Of a stretch of 64,000 nucleotides of DNA, positions 8,202 to 17,932 are shown in pieces. The translations under genes were made by a program, and so were the position numbers. The stretch's first letter is position 1, and every line of letters starts with the position of its first letter. This DNA is from Ignavibacteria bacterium (GTDB taxonomy: Bacteria; Bacteroidota; Ignavibacteria; Kapaibacteriales; Kapaibacteriaceae), in NCBI GenBank assembly GCA_947459875.1, contig CANHFG010000002.1, forward strand, positions 1,527 to 65,526. The letters are read 5' to 3'. A model generated the notes under the pieces. It did no database searches, was not told the origin of the DNA, and was given only the letters and a program-made list of their open reading frames with translations.

Positions 8202-10604
8202 TTAGAATTCGATGATGATGCCGATAGTCGGCGTTACGAGCGTTGACGTGTTGTCCAGAAAGACCGGCGTAGCGTTCGAGCCATCCGGACGAACCGGCTG
8301 ACCGTCCGTGCTGACCCAGTCGGAGTTGTCTTCTGTTCGCGCAAAGGTGTACTGTTGCGGCGCATCGAGGGCAAAAGCGAAAGCATTCTGTACGTCGAGG
8401 AACAGATCGAGAGACCACGATTCGAAGGACCACTTTTTGTCTACGCGAAAGTCCACCTGACGGAAGGCACGAAGGCGCTCCTGATTCAGCCGGGAGTTGT
8501 CGAGCTGCACCTGTCCGGTAAGAAGGTATAGACGACGCGATGCGGCCGTGTCGATCGCAGTGAATGGAGAGCCCCCTGCATAGCGGAACTTGCCACCGAG
8601 CTCCCAGCCGTTGTCGAACTTGTATCCGACAATACCGCTTACAAGATGACGGAAGTCCCACGCCGATGGGATGTACTCATCTGATCGCAGACCCGTGAAC
8701 TCGCTAAACAGCAGCGTGTAGGACAGCGTTGTGAAGAAACGCTCCGTGAGCTTCTTCTGGAAGAAGAGCTCAGCTCCGTAGGCGCGTCCGCGGCCAACAC
8801 TGGCCACAGGTTCATTGCCGAGCACACCAAAGTCCGTACCCCGATTGGCCAGCGACACGCTATCGATGAGAGAGACAGGATAGTCGCTGTAGGTCTTGTA
8901 GAAACCTTCAAGCGTCATGCGGATGCTCGGTTCGGGCACGAACTCAACGCCGGCCACATAATGGGTTGTACCGAGGTACTGCGTGTTCTGGTTGACGAGT
9001 GCCCCACTCGCGTCGCGGAAGCCGAGAATGGTGTACTGTGGAAGCTTGAAGTAGCGTCCGACCGTAGCGTTGATGTTCCATGCCGAATCAATAGCGTATG
9101 AGGCGGCGATACGCGGAGAGAGCGTGCGCCAGAACTCATTGCCCGTGGTCATGAAGGTGTTCCCGTCAAAGCGCAGACCTCCGGAAAGCTGGAGTCGACC
9201 ATTGAGCACGACCGTGTTTGCATCGACGTACGCACCGTACCGGAAGAAGTCGAGGTCCGACGCAAAGTCCAGCACGAGGGTCGGCGATAGTCGATTCAGT
9301 GTGGCGTTGTTGTACTTGGAGTATTGCGCCTGCAGACCTGCGCGCACTGAGAGATCCTTTGCAAAGTGTCGGTATTCGACACGACCTTTGTTTTCGATCT
9401 CCTGCGAATTCAGGCGGAAGCCCACTCCGATCACATTGCCAACGTTGTCTTTTTCATTCCGAAGCAGCTGGTTGTCAAACATATTTCTGCTAAGACCAAT
9501 GAACAGCTGGCCGTTATCCAGTGACTTCTTGTAGGCGGCGCCGATCGTATAGTTCCACTGCTCAACAGCCGGCGCAGAGCGTAGAACAAACTCCTTCTCG
9601 GGAGTTCGCTCGCGTGGCACACCGAACTCGAAGAGATCGATGGCCCCCACGCCGAGGATCGTCAGTGACGTGCGGTTATCGAACTGTGTGGTGGTCTTGA
9701 ACTGAAAGTCCCAGAAGTTCGGGCGTATCGGAAGATCGATCGCCGTGAAGAGCAGGTCCAGATACGAGCGGCGGGCCGAGGCGATGAACGTTGTCTTCTC
9801 GCTGATCGGTCCGTCAAAGGTCAGCGCCACTTCCGTGGCACTAACACGCACGTTCCCCTGCAGTCGCTCCTTGTTCCCTTCCTTCTGTGTTACGGCGATC
9901 ACCGACGAGAGCGCATTGTCGTATCCGCTTCCGAAGGATGAGGAGCTGAGGTTGACGTCCTCAATGAAGGCGACGTTCAGAATCCCCGCCGGACCTCCGG
10001 CACTTCCCTGTGTGGCGAAGTGATTGATCTGCGGAATCTCGATACCGTCGAGGTAATAGACATTCTCGCTAGGCCCACCTCCGCGAATGGTGATGTCGTT
10101 GCGGAAGCTTGCTCCGCCTGTTGCGCCACCAACTCCCGGCAGCGCCTGCAGAACGCGCGAGATGTCGAAATTGCCACCCGGATTGCTGCGGATCTCTTCC
10201 GTTGTGAGGCTTTGCACGGAAAGGGGCGTTTCGGCACGCTTCCCGAACGTCACCGCCTCGACCACAACTTCTTCGGATGAAGAGAACGTCGGCTCAAGCT
10301 CGATCGTCAGATTCACAACGTTGCCCGAGGTGATCACGGTGTTGAAGAGAGACTTGGGCTTGTATCCTACCGATGTGATCGTGACGGTGTAGGACTTCGG
10401 TGGGATCCCCTTGACGGTGAACTCGCCCTTGCTATTCGTGTAGCCGCCGAGCTTCGTAGCCTCAATGCGGATCGTAGCTCCAACCAGCGCCTCCTGTGTG
10501 GTAGCGCTCTTTACGGTCCCCGTAACGGTCCCCGTCGACTGTGCAAATACACTAATAGGTGCGCCTGCCAGAAAGGCAAGCACAAGAGTCCAAAAAGAAC
10601 GCAT
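8202..10604 (-). CDS. TonB-dependent receptor with N-terminal carboxypeptidase-regulatory-like domain
   Basis: ORF 8202..10658. The likely start is ATG at 10604 (MRSFWTLVLAFLAGAPISVFAQ signal). The upstream extension would overlap the hppA terminator. A CarboxypepD_reg-like segment GTVTGTVKSATTQEALVGATIRIE..GYKPK is followed by plug and barrel, and the protein ends in F (..IGIIIEF). Confidence 0.85.
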   Translation of the reverse strand: MRSFWTLVLAFLAGAPISVFAQSTGTVTGTVKSATTQEALVGATIRIEATKLGGYTNSKGEFTVKGIPPKSYTVTITSVGYKPKSLFNTVITSGNVVNLTIELEPTFSSSEEVVVEAVTFGKRAETPLSVQSLTTEEIRSNPGGNFDISRVLQALPGVGGATGGASFRNDITIRGGGPSENVYYLDGIEIPQINHFATQGSAGGPAGILNVAFIEDVNLSSSSFGSGYDNALSSVIAVTQKEGNKERLQGNVRVSATEVALTFDGPISEKTTFIASARRSYLDLLFTAIDLPIRPNFWDFQFKTTTQFDNRTSLTILGVGAIDLFEFGVPRERTPEKEFVLRSAPAVEQWNYTIGAAYKKSLDNGQLFIGLSRNMFDNQLLRNEKDNVGNVIGVGFRLNSQEIENKGRVEYRHFAKDLSVRAGLQAQYSKYNNATLNRLSPTLVLDFASDLDFFRYGAYVDANTVVLNGRLQLSGGLRFDGNTFMTTGNEFWRTLSPRIAASYAIDSAWNINATVGRYFKLPQYTILGFRDASGALVNQNTQYLGTTHYVAGVEFVPEPSIRMTLEGFYKTYSDYPVSLIDSVSLANRGTDFGVLGNEPVASVGRGRAYGAELFFQKKLTERFFTTLSYTLLFSEFTGLRSDEYIPSAWDFRHLVSGIVGYKFDNGWELGGKFRYAGGSPFTAIDTAASRRLYLLTGQVQLDNSRLNQERLRAFRQVDFRVDKKWSFESWSLDLFLDVQNAFAFALDAPQQYTFARTEDNSDWVSTDGQPVRPDGSNATPVFLDNTSTLVTPTIGIIIEF

Positions 10605-10636
10605 CTGATTCCTGTGCAGTAAGAACGTGAAGCAGT

Positions 10637-10682
10637 GAAAAACACAAAGCCCCGGCACGCGGTTCCCGCATGCCAGGGCTTT
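10637..10682 (-). terminator. Rho-independent terminator after hppA
   Basis: Hairpin aaagccccggca..tgccagggcttt (12 bp, 1 mismatch). On the minus strand it is followed by gtgttttt. Confidence 0.7.
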
Positions 10683-10703
10683 CGATAAACGTCAGATCAG
10701 AGA

Positions 10704-12809
10704 TCAGCGCAAAAGGATGCCGCCATTCGAGGCAAAGGCACCAGCGAAGACCAACGAGATGATCGCCATGAGCTTGATAAGGATGTTGAGAGCCGGGCCG
10801 GATGTATCCTTGAACGGATCGCCCACTGTATCGCCCACAACGGCAGCTTTGTGCGTATCTGAACCCTTGCCGCCATGCACGCCTGTTTCGATGTACTTCT
10901 TGGCATTGTCCCATGCGCCGCCGGAGTTGGCCATGCTGATGGCAAGCATCACACCGACGATGAGCGAACCGATCAGCACGCCGGCAAGCATCTGTACGCC
11001 GAAGAGGAAGCCGACGACAAGGGGCGAGAGGATCACAAGCAGACCCGGAGCGATCATCTCCTTGATCGATGCAGCCGTCGAGATGTCAACGCACTTGGCA
11101 TAGTCGGCCTTGGCCTTGCCTTCCATCAGGCCCGGGATGGTGCGGAACTGACGGCGGACCTCTTCGATCATCGCAAAAGCCGCCTTACCGACGCTCTTCA
11201 TCGTCATGGCGCTGAAGGCAAATGGCAGTGCGGCGCCTACGAGCAGTCCTGCAAGGACGTTTGGATTCGTGATCTCCAGCGAGAGCGTCTTACCGCCGGC
11301 CTGAGCACGTGTCAGAAACGCACTCGTAAGTGCCAGCGACGTCAGTGCTGCGGAACCGATGGCAAAGCCCTTACCGATAGCAGCCGTTGTGTTGCCAGCA
11401 GCATCAAGAGCATCCGTGCGCTTGCGGATATCCTTACCCATTTCAGCCATCTCGGCGATACCGCCGGCGTTGTCCGACGTCGGCCCGTACGCGTCGATCG
11501 TCAAACCAACAGCGATGGTGCCAAGCATACCAATTGCAGTGAGAGCGATGCCATACATACCAGCAAAGGCGTATCCGACGACAACACTGATGGCGATCAA
11601 CAGCATCGGGATAACGGCGGAGTTGTAGCCCAGAGCAAGACCATAGATGATGTTCGTAGCTGATCCTGTCTTGGACGCATCGGCAACTTCGCGCACGGGC
11701 TTGTAGCGGTGCGAAGTGTAGAACTCAGTGATCAGGCCGATGGCGAGTCCGGCAACCAGACCAACGGCCAGGGCTGTGAAAACGCCCAGGGCGTTGACTG
11801 ACGTTGTGCCGACCATAAACGATTCGCTTCCAAAGGCCCAGTTGGTGATCGGGTACAGAGCCGCGAGCATGATGATCGTTGAGATGATGAGCGCGTTCTT
11901 GAGAGCCCCTTCCACTTTCTCTTCGCTTGACGCACGGACGAATGGCAGAGCAAGGATAGAAGCAACGATACCAACGCCGTTGACGAGCATTGGGAAGAGG
12001 AGGATATTCATGTTCGTTCCGCCGGTGGCCTGGTAGCCAACAGCACCGATGACCAGAGCGGCGCAGGTTGACTCAGCGACCGAGCCAAAGAGGTCGGCAC
12101 CCATGCCGGCAATGTCACCCACGTTGTCGCCCACATTGTCGGCGATAACGGCAGGGTTGCGCGGATCGTCTTCAGGGATACCGGCTTCGACCTTACCGAC
12201 AAGGTCGGCACCAACGTCGGCAGCCTTCGTATAGATACCACCGCCCACGCGACCAAAGAGGGCAACGGCCGAACCACCAAGACCGAAGCCTGAGAGGATC
12301 TCCATTTGGACTTCGCGGCTCACGCCCGGGAGCATGGCATCAATACCAAGCCACACAAGGATCAGGCCGACGACGGCAAGTCCCGTAAGACCAAAGCCCA
12401 TGACGGCGCCCGATTCAAAGGCAACTGCAAATGACTTCTGCAACGAAACCCGGGCGGCCGAGGCCGTGCGAACGTTTCCTACGGTGGCGATCTTCATTCC
12501 AATGTAGCCGGCCGCAACCGATGTAGCAGCGCCACACACAAAGGCCAGAGCTGTGTGCCCGCCATGGTCGACCGTGAAGAAGATCAAGACGGCAAACAGA
12601 GCCATAAAGAGACCAAGAACCCGGTACTCGCGGCTCAGGAACGCCATTGCTCCCTCGGCAATGGCCGTGGAGATCTCGAGCAGCCGTGAGAGTTCTTCCG
12701 GCGATGAAGCACCGTCTTCGACCTTTACCGACAACACCCTCTGTCGGAAGATGACGGCAACGATCAGAGCCAGAACGCCTAGACCCAGAATGATGGAAAT
12801 GATCGACAT
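10704..12809 (-). CDS. hppA: Membrane-bound proton-translocating pyrophosphatase
   Basis: 701 aa and multi-TM. Hallmark motifs [19 protein letters not shown] and [18 protein letters not shown] are present. Confidence 0.95.
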   Translation of the reverse strand: MSIISIILGLGVLALIVAVIFRQRVLSVKVEDGASSPEELSRLLEISTAIAEGAMAFLSREYRVLGLFMALFAVLIFFTVDHGGHTALAFVCGAATSVAAGYIGMKIATVGNVRTASAARVSLQKSFAVAFESGAVMGFGLTGLAVVGLILVWLGIDAMLPGVSREVQMEILSGFGLGGSAVALFGRVGGGIYTKAADVGADLVGKVEAGIPEDDPRNPAVIADNVGDNVGDIAGMGADLFGSVAESTCAALVIGAVGYQATGGTNMNILLFPMLVNGVGIVASILALPFVRASSEEKVEGALKNALIISTIIMLAALYPITNWAFGSESFMVGTTSVNALGVFTALAVGLVAGLAIGLITEFYTSHRYKPVREVADASKTGSATNIIYGLALGYNSAVIPMLLIAISVVVGYAFAGMYGIALTAIGMLGTIAVGLTIDAYGPTSDNAGGIAEMAEMGKDIRKRTDALDAAGNTTAAIGKGFAIGSAALTSLALTSAFLTRAQAGGKTLSLEITNPNVLAGLLVGAALPFAFSAMTMKSVGKAAFAMIEEVRRQFRTIPGLMEGKAKADYAKCVDISTAASIKEMIAPGLLVILSPLVVGFLFGVQMLAGVLIGSLIVGVMLAISMANSGGAWDNAKKYIETGVHGGKGSDTHKAAVVGDTVGDPFKDTSGPALNILIKLMAIISLVFAGAFASNGGILLR

Positions 12810-12876
12810 GCAGAACCTTTCTCGTGTGAGACCAATGAATGTTCGACTGATTTTCCTAATTTCGCATCCCGCTCAG

Positions 12877-12953
12877 GGACGCTTAGCTCAGTTGGTTAGA
12901 GCGTTACGTTGACATCGTAAAGGTCACTAGTTCGAATCTAGTAGCGTCCACCA
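12877..12953 (+). tRNA. tRNA-Val (anticodon GAC), CCA encoded
   Basis: Hand-folded cloverleaf: ggacgct ta gctc agttggtta gagc g ttacg TTGACAT cgtaa aggtc actag ttcgaat ctagt agcgtcc a cca. Confidence 0.9.
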
Positions 12954-12984
12954 CGACAGTTGCCCCCGCAGGGCACAAAGATAG

Positions 12985-13011
12985 AAAGCCCGCCATTTTG
13001 GCGGGCTTTTT
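12985..13011 (+). terminator. Rho-independent terminator after tRNA-Val
   Basis: Stem agcccgcc/ggcgggct with loop atttt, followed by ttttt. Confidence 0.8.
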
Positions 13012-13035
13012 ACATTTCAACAGGAAGCAGCCGAA

Positions 13036-13070
13036 GGTTTCAGGTTTTGGGTTTTAGGTTTTGGGTTGTG
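13036..13070. repeat. 5 x 7-bp tandem repeat GGTTTYR (left arm of an inverted pair)
   Basis: Units are ggtttca ggttttg ggtttta ggttttg ggttgtg. Positions 13043-13067 are the perfect reverse complement of 13142-13166. Confidence 0.9.
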
Positions 13071-13075
13071 TAGAA

Positions 13076-13106
13076 CGAAAAAGGGTCGCAGCACTCTGCA
13101 ACCCTT
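13076..13106 (-). terminator. Probable terminator of citrate synthase transcript
   Basis: Imperfect hairpin aagggt-c-gcag cact ctgc-a-accctt. On the minus strand it is followed by ttttt. Confidence 0.6.
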
Positions 13107-13138
13107 CTCATATTGATTCGTTGTGTTCTGAAAGCCTT

Positions 13139-13173
13139 GGGAACCCAAAACCTAAAACCCAAAACCCAAAACC
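13139..13173. repeat. About 4.5 x 7-bp tandem repeat YAAAACC (right arm, complement of GGTTTTR)
   Basis: Units are caaaacc taaaacc caaaacc caaaacc, preceded by the partial unit gggaacc. The array ends 3 nt before the gltA stop codon, so it lies in the gltA 3' UTR. Confidence 0.9.
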
Positions 13174-13176
13174 TTC

Positions 13177-14442
13177 TTAGGCGCTCAACTCATCCAGCGT
13201 CAGCGACTTCGGACGGACGATCGGCGAGGCCATCATGCGGTTAACGACCATCTGCGAGCAGAGGCCGATAGCGCGGCTAACGCCGAACATCACGGTGTAG
13301 AAGTCGAACTCCGTCATGCCATACGCATAGAGAAGCGAGCCGGAAGCAGCGTCGACGTTTGGCCATGGGTTCTTGGCCTTACCGTGCTCCTTGAGGATGC
13401 CCGGCACCAGGCGGAAGATCTTGTGTACGATCTGCACATTTTCATCCGTCAGGCCGTGCTTGACGCCGAAATCGTGGAAGGCCGTGAAGCGTGGGTCGGT
13501 AACGCGCAGAACGGCGTGACCATAGCCAGGGATGACCTGACCATTGCGCAGACGGTTCCATGTGTATTCGGTGAGCTGCTCGTCTGTTGGAACACCACCG
13601 AACTGCTCGCGCACATCCATGATAAAGCGCAGACATTCCTGATTGGCAAGTCCGTGAAGGGGGCCTGCCAGACCACACATTGCGGCAGAAACACTGTAGA
13701 ACGGATCGCTCAGCGCCGAGCTGACGACGTACGAAGTCATTGCACTGACGTTACCGCCTTCGTGGTCAGAATGGAGCACGAGGTACAGGCGGATGAGTTC
13801 CTTCCACGATGCGTCGTTGCTCACGCCTAGCATGTGTGCGAAGTTGTTCGATAGGTCGTTATCGTCCGTAAGAGGAGCGATCACATCGCCCTTGTCAAAG
13901 CGGATGCGGTAGATGGCAGCGGCAATGCCGGGAATAGAACCGACCAGACGGACGGAGTCGTTGACCATCGACTGCCACAGTACATCCTTGCCAGCCCCCT
14001 TATCGTAGGCAGCACGAAACTCGCTCTCGCGCTCCATCGCCAGCAGGCCCACGCTGAGCATGGCCATTGGATGCGAATCCTTTGGCATGGCTTTGAGCGT
14101 GTCGACAACGTATTGTGGGACGGCGTAATACTTGGCGAAGATGTCGCTGAGCTCCTTACGCTCGTCGTCCGTGGCGCGCTTGCCTGTCACCAGCAGCCAG
14201 AACGTTTCTTCCGGCGTGATGTCGGTGAGCTCGAGGATCGGCGTATTGCGGATGCGCAGGCCTTCATCGGCTGACACGCTGGATGTGTCGCAGACCAGGG
14301 CCGGTACACCGCGCATGCCACCGAGCACCTGTTCAATGGTCACACTTCCAAGGACGGTCTCGCCGCGCTCTTTGAGCAAGGCGGCGCGCTTGGCACGCAG
14401 GGCTTCTGCTTGTGACGTGAGGTTCTCGTGAAGGATGCTCAT
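13177..14442 (-). CDS. gltA: Citrate synthase, eukaryotic/mitochondrial-like type
   Basis: ORF 13177..14484. The start is ATG at 14442, preceded by AAGGAG. Motifs HSDHEGGNVSA, GLAGPLHGLANQE, PGYGHAVLRVTDPRF and GKAKNPWPNVDA are collinear with mitochondrial citrate synthase as I recall it. Confidence 0.93.
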   Translation of the reverse strand: MSILHENLTSQAEALRAKRAALLKERGETVLGSVTIEQVLGGMRGVPALVCDTSSVSADEGLRIRNTPILELTDITPEETFWLLVTGKRATDDERKELSDIFAKYYAVPQYVVDTLKAMPKDSHPMAMLSVGLLAMERESEFRAAYDKGAGKDVLWQSMVNDSVRLVGSIPGIAAAIYRIRFDKGDVIAPLTDDNDLSNNFAHMLGVSNDASWKELIRLYLVLHSDHEGGNVSAMTSYVVSSALSDPFYSVSAAMCGLAGPLHGLANQECLRFIMDVREQFGGVPTDEQLTEYTWNRLRNGQVIPGYGHAVLRVTDPRFTAFHDFGVKHGLTDENVQIVHKIFRLVPGILKEHGKAKNPWPNVDAASGSLLYAYGMTEFDFYTVMFGVSRAIGLCSQMVVNRMMASPIVRPKSLTLDELSA

Positions 14443-14572
14443 AGTGGTGTACTCCTTGGAAAATATGGCGTGCAAAACTAACACGTCGGAGTCAATGGCC
14501 GCACGTGTTTATCGAGTGTTCATGCAACAAACCGTAACTTTCACGTCGAAATTCCCGGTAACAAGCAGCACC

Positions 14573-15886
14573 ATGAGCAAGATCTCCGTCATAATCGCCC
14601 ACGAATACCTGACCCGCGTCAAGGCCAAGTGGTTCATTATCTCCACCATTCTGGGTCCGCTTGGCCTGGTTCTGCTGATGACCATCCCGATTCTGGTGGC
14701 AGTACTTTCAGGCGACGGCGAACGGGGCAAGGTGGTTCTGCTCGACCGGACAGATTCGATTGCGGCGGCCGTGGTTGCGGCCGACACGGCCAAGTACGAG
14801 TTGGCCGGGGCGCGTTCGGAAAAGGAGCTGGCCGATCTGCTGCGGAATGAAGCGATCCAGGCCTATGTCATCATCCCGATAACAGTACTCGACAGCTCGT
14901 CGGTCGTCATGTATTCGCAAGGGGGCTCAGGGATCTCATTCGAGTCATCCGTTTCTGACGATCTCAAGCCGGTAATCACGCGGGCACGACTTTCCCGAGC
15001 CGGAGTCGACACTTCGGTCATCGACCTTGTCCGGCAGGACGTGGAGATCAACTCCCTGAAGCTCACCGAGAAGGGCGTCGAAGCCGACGCCTCCGAGGCC
15101 TCTGCTGCCATCGGCTATGTTGCAGGCTTCCTGAACTACATGCTCATCTTCCTGTACGGCTCCATGGTCATGCGGGGCGTGGTCGAGGAAAAGGCCAACC
15201 GAATTGTCGAGGTCATCGCCTCCTCGGTTCGCCCCTTCGAGATCATGCTCGGTAAAGTTGTCGGCATCGGACTGGTCGGGCTAACGCAGCTGGCCATCTG
15301 GGGAATTCTCGGTATGGTGGCGTTCATCGGGCTGGGTTATGTTCTTGGACCGTTGATGGCCGAAAGCATGACGTCACAGATACCCGCAGGTGGCATGCAA
15401 ATGCAGAGCACAACGGACACGGCAGCTCTTCTAGCCAGTAAGGGGCTTGTACTGCCCGCTATCCCGGCAACGTCGATCCTGATGTTCATCTTCAACTTCT
15501 TCGCCGGCTACTTCCTGTATGCATCGCTGTTTGCAGCCGTTGGCTCTGCCGTCGACCAGGAGGCCGATGCGCAATCGCTGACACTCCCGATCACGATGCC
15601 GATCATCATGACGATGATGTTCATCGGCAACATCATAAGTGAGCCGAACGGAACGCTCGCTGTGGTGCTGTCGCTCATCCCACTGTTCTCACCCATCCTG
15701 ATGACCGTGCGCGTTGCGGCCACGGATGTACCGGCCTGGCAACAGTTACTGTGTGTTGTCCTGAGCACCGGAGCGTTCTTCGGCGCCGTGTGGCTGGCCT
15801 CACGGATCTATCGCATCGGCATCCTCTCCTACGGCAAGAAGCCGAAGCTCAAAGAAATCATTCGCTGGATCACTCTTCGCGTGTGA
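14573..15886 (+). CDS. ABC-2 type transporter permease (NatB-like), no adjacent ATPase gene
   Basis: ORF 14435..15886. The start MSKISVIIAHEYLTRVKAKWFIISTILGPL is at 14573. One N-terminal TM is followed by a large loop and then a cluster of about 5 TM segments, which is typical of NatB/ABC-2 permeases. Confidence 0.75.
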   Translation: MSKISVIIAHEYLTRVKAKWFIISTILGPLGLVLLMTIPILVAVLSGDGERGKVVLLDRTDSIAAAVVAADTAKYELAGARSEKELADLLRNEAIQAYVIIPITVLDSSSVVMYSQGGSGISFESSVSDDLKPVITRARLSRAGVDTSVIDLVRQDVEINSLKLTEKGVEADASEASAAIGYVAGFLNYMLIFLYGSMVMRGVVEEKANRIVEVIASSVRPFEIMLGKVVGIGLVGLTQLAIWGILGMVAFIGLGYVLGPLMAESMTSQIPAGGMQMQSTTDTAALLASKGLVLPAIPATSILMFIFNFFAGYFLYASLFAAVGSAVDQEADAQSLTLPITMPIIMTMMFIGNIISEPNGTLAVVLSLIPLFSPILMTVRVAATDVPAWQQLLCVVLSTGAFFGAVWLASRIYRIGILSYGKKPKLKEIIRWITLRV

Positions 15887-17849
15887 TCAGAAGGGGCAGG
15901 CACACAACGCCCCCTCCCTGCGTGATCATCACACTGTACGGGCCCTCGGGCAACGACTGCACGTTGAGCGTGGCCGAGGTGTCGTCCGCTGCCATTGATT
16001 CCTCGGCGATTTTCCGACCGTTGAGGTCGAGGATTTGAATCGTCGCCGCAGCAGCCTCGGGCAGCCGTCCAATGCGCACTCGATGTACCTTCACCGTGTT
16101 TGAAGCCGGCTGTGGCGCAAGCGAGAAGCTTGGGGTCATCCGTCGCAGGTTACTCTCCAACTCCGACACGCCAATGTGGGTGGTTGAAACAACTTCAACG
16201 AGCGAGCGGCAACGAGAGCCGCCATTGACGCTGATGAGACGCTCGCAGGAAATCGTGTACGATCCATCAGCCGCCGGCATCAAGATCGTGTCGACCGTGT
16301 CGAGACCTCCATCTGGGCGACGCTGCGAGTAGACAACATTCAGTGGCAATGTTGTGAACACGGGCCACTGACGTCCACCAGTGGCATTCTGCACCTGCTT
16401 GATACGCACCGAAAGCGCCGACGTCTCTCCAGGCCGCTGCTCAATGGCAAGCTGTGCCCAGCCCTTGCCGGTTACCCATTCCGAAAAAAAGGCATCCGTG
16501 CGATCACCGAGTGCAGGCGCAATGGCGCGCCGAAAATCGTCGGTAACCGCCGTAGCATAAGCATGATTCGAGACATAGGAACGCAGTGCGCCGTAGAAGG
16601 CACTATCTCCAACGATCGCCCGTGCCATGGCAAGTACAACCGCCCCCTTGGCATAGATCGTGCCGGGATAGTTGGACGAAGGCGCTGCCCTCGGAAAGTC
16701 CTCCAGTGCAAAGACTCCTTCACTTTTCGAGATCTGTGTTATGTAGCTGCGTGCCTTGCCTTGCACCGCTGACAGATACACCGTCCAGCCCCGAAGGTCT
16801 TCCAGCCAGGAGCACTCGCTATAGGTGGCAAAGCTCTCCGTGAGCCAGGCGTACCGAAAGTCACGCGGGGAAACGCAATCGCCAAACCACTGATGCGCCA
16901 GCTCGTGTGCCCCGGTCACGTTGGCAGTATCGCCGGATCGGGCGATGGAGAGCGCCAGCGCGATCATGCCCTGATGCTCCATGGAGCCCTTCACCGAGTT
17001 ATAATACCCAACCTTATCAAATGGATAGTCGCCATACAGTCGCGAATAGGTCTCGGTCATTCTCGGCACAAGCCTGTATGATCGAGCGCTCAGCGCACTA
17101 TCCCGGCGTAGCACATAGAACACGTGCGGCACCCTGCCGGGTAGGTCGAGCCTTCGGAATCGCGCTGCCGCAAAGGTCATCAGATACGTTGCGATCGGAC
17201 GCTTCTCGGTCCAGATGTAGGTGACTGATCCGTCGGCATTGCGCACGCGCGGACTCTCAAGACCGTTTGAGGCCACCACCCACGTCGAATCGGGCACCGT
17301 GAACCGTCCGCTGAACATCACTTTATCCGAAGGGTGATCGTAACACGCCAGCCAGTGCTGCGTGGCACCAACGGATGGGTTCGCAAAGCCGACGCCGAGA
17401 GCATACAGTACACTGTCATCATACTGCACCCCACCCCACGGTGAACTGCCACCTTCATTGGTCATCGTGCCCCGGTAGTAGATCGACACCGTCGAAACCG
17501 ACCCGGAGTCATGCACGCCCGGCACGACAACCCGGTGATGCATCGTGTCATCGGCTGGAAGGCCATAGGTCTTCCATTGGCCAGCCTTGCCATCAACAAG
17601 TACAGAATCAATCTCAAGCCCCCTGAGATGAAACGTATATGCGCCGTTCTCAACGCGGGATGTCCACGCAAGGCGCGTCTCAACTCGACCTTCAATGAGG
17701 CGCTTGGCCGGGTCGGGGAATCGCACGTCAACATCATAATGCTGCACGTCGAAAACCTGCGGGCGGTAGAGCGTGGGACGCGAGATCTGCGCCTCTGCGC
17801 GCGGACAGAGCAGCAACAAGGCAGCGATGAGGGCAAGGGGCTTCTGCAT
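15870..17849 (-). CDS. M1-family zinc metallopeptidase with T9SS C-terminal sorting domain
   Basis: Signal peptide MQKPLALIAALLLLCPRAEAQ. The gluzincin motif HELAHQWFGD is followed by WLTESFATY. The C-terminus LAPQPASNTVKVH..IQILDLNGRKI..GPYSVMITQGGG is CTD-like. Confidence 0.88.
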   Translation of the reverse strand: MQKPLALIAALLLLCPRAEAQISRPTLYRPQVFDVQHYDVDVRFPDPAKRLIEGRVETRLAWTSRVENGAYTFHLRGLEIDSVLVDGKAGQWKTYGLPADDTMHHRVVVPGVHDSGSVSTVSIYYRGTMTNEGGSSPWGGVQYDDSVLYALGVGFANPSVGATQHWLACYDHPSDKVMFSGRFTVPDSTWVVASNGLESPRVRNADGSVTYIWTEKRPIATYLMTFAAARFRRLDLPGRVPHVFYVLRRDSALSARSYRLVPRMTETYSRLYGDYPFDKVGYYNSVKGSMEHQGMIALALSIARSGDTANVTGAHELAHQWFGDCVSPRDFRYAWLTESFATYSECSWLEDLRGWTVYLSAVQGKARSYITQISKSEGVFALEDFPRAAPSSNYPGTIYAKGAVVLAMARAIVGDSAFYGALRSYVSNHAYATAVTDDFRRAIAPALGDRTDAFFSEWVTGKGWAQLAIEQRPGETSALSVRIKQVQNATGGRQWPVFTTLPLNVVYSQRRPDGGLDTVDTILMPAADGSYTISCERLISVNGGSRCRSLVEVVSTTHIGVSELESNLRRMTPSFSLAPQPASNTVKVHRVRIGRLPEAAAATIQILDLNGRKIAEESMAADDTSATLNVQSLPEGPYSVMITQGGGVVCLPLLITREE

Positions 17850-17877
17850 ATGGCACGAATCTAATGATCACAACGAA

Positions 17878-17909
17878 AGAGGGGCCGCGACGTTCGTCGC
17901 GACCCCTCT
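17878..17909 (-). terminator. Hairpin terminator after the 860-aa T9SS cargo gene
   Basis: 14-bp stem with 1 mismatch: agaggggccgcgac gttc gtcgcgacccctct. It is GC-rich. The T-tract on the minus strand is weak (ttcgtt). Confidence 0.55.
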
Positions 17910-17932
17910 GAAAACTTGACTGAATCGTCGGA

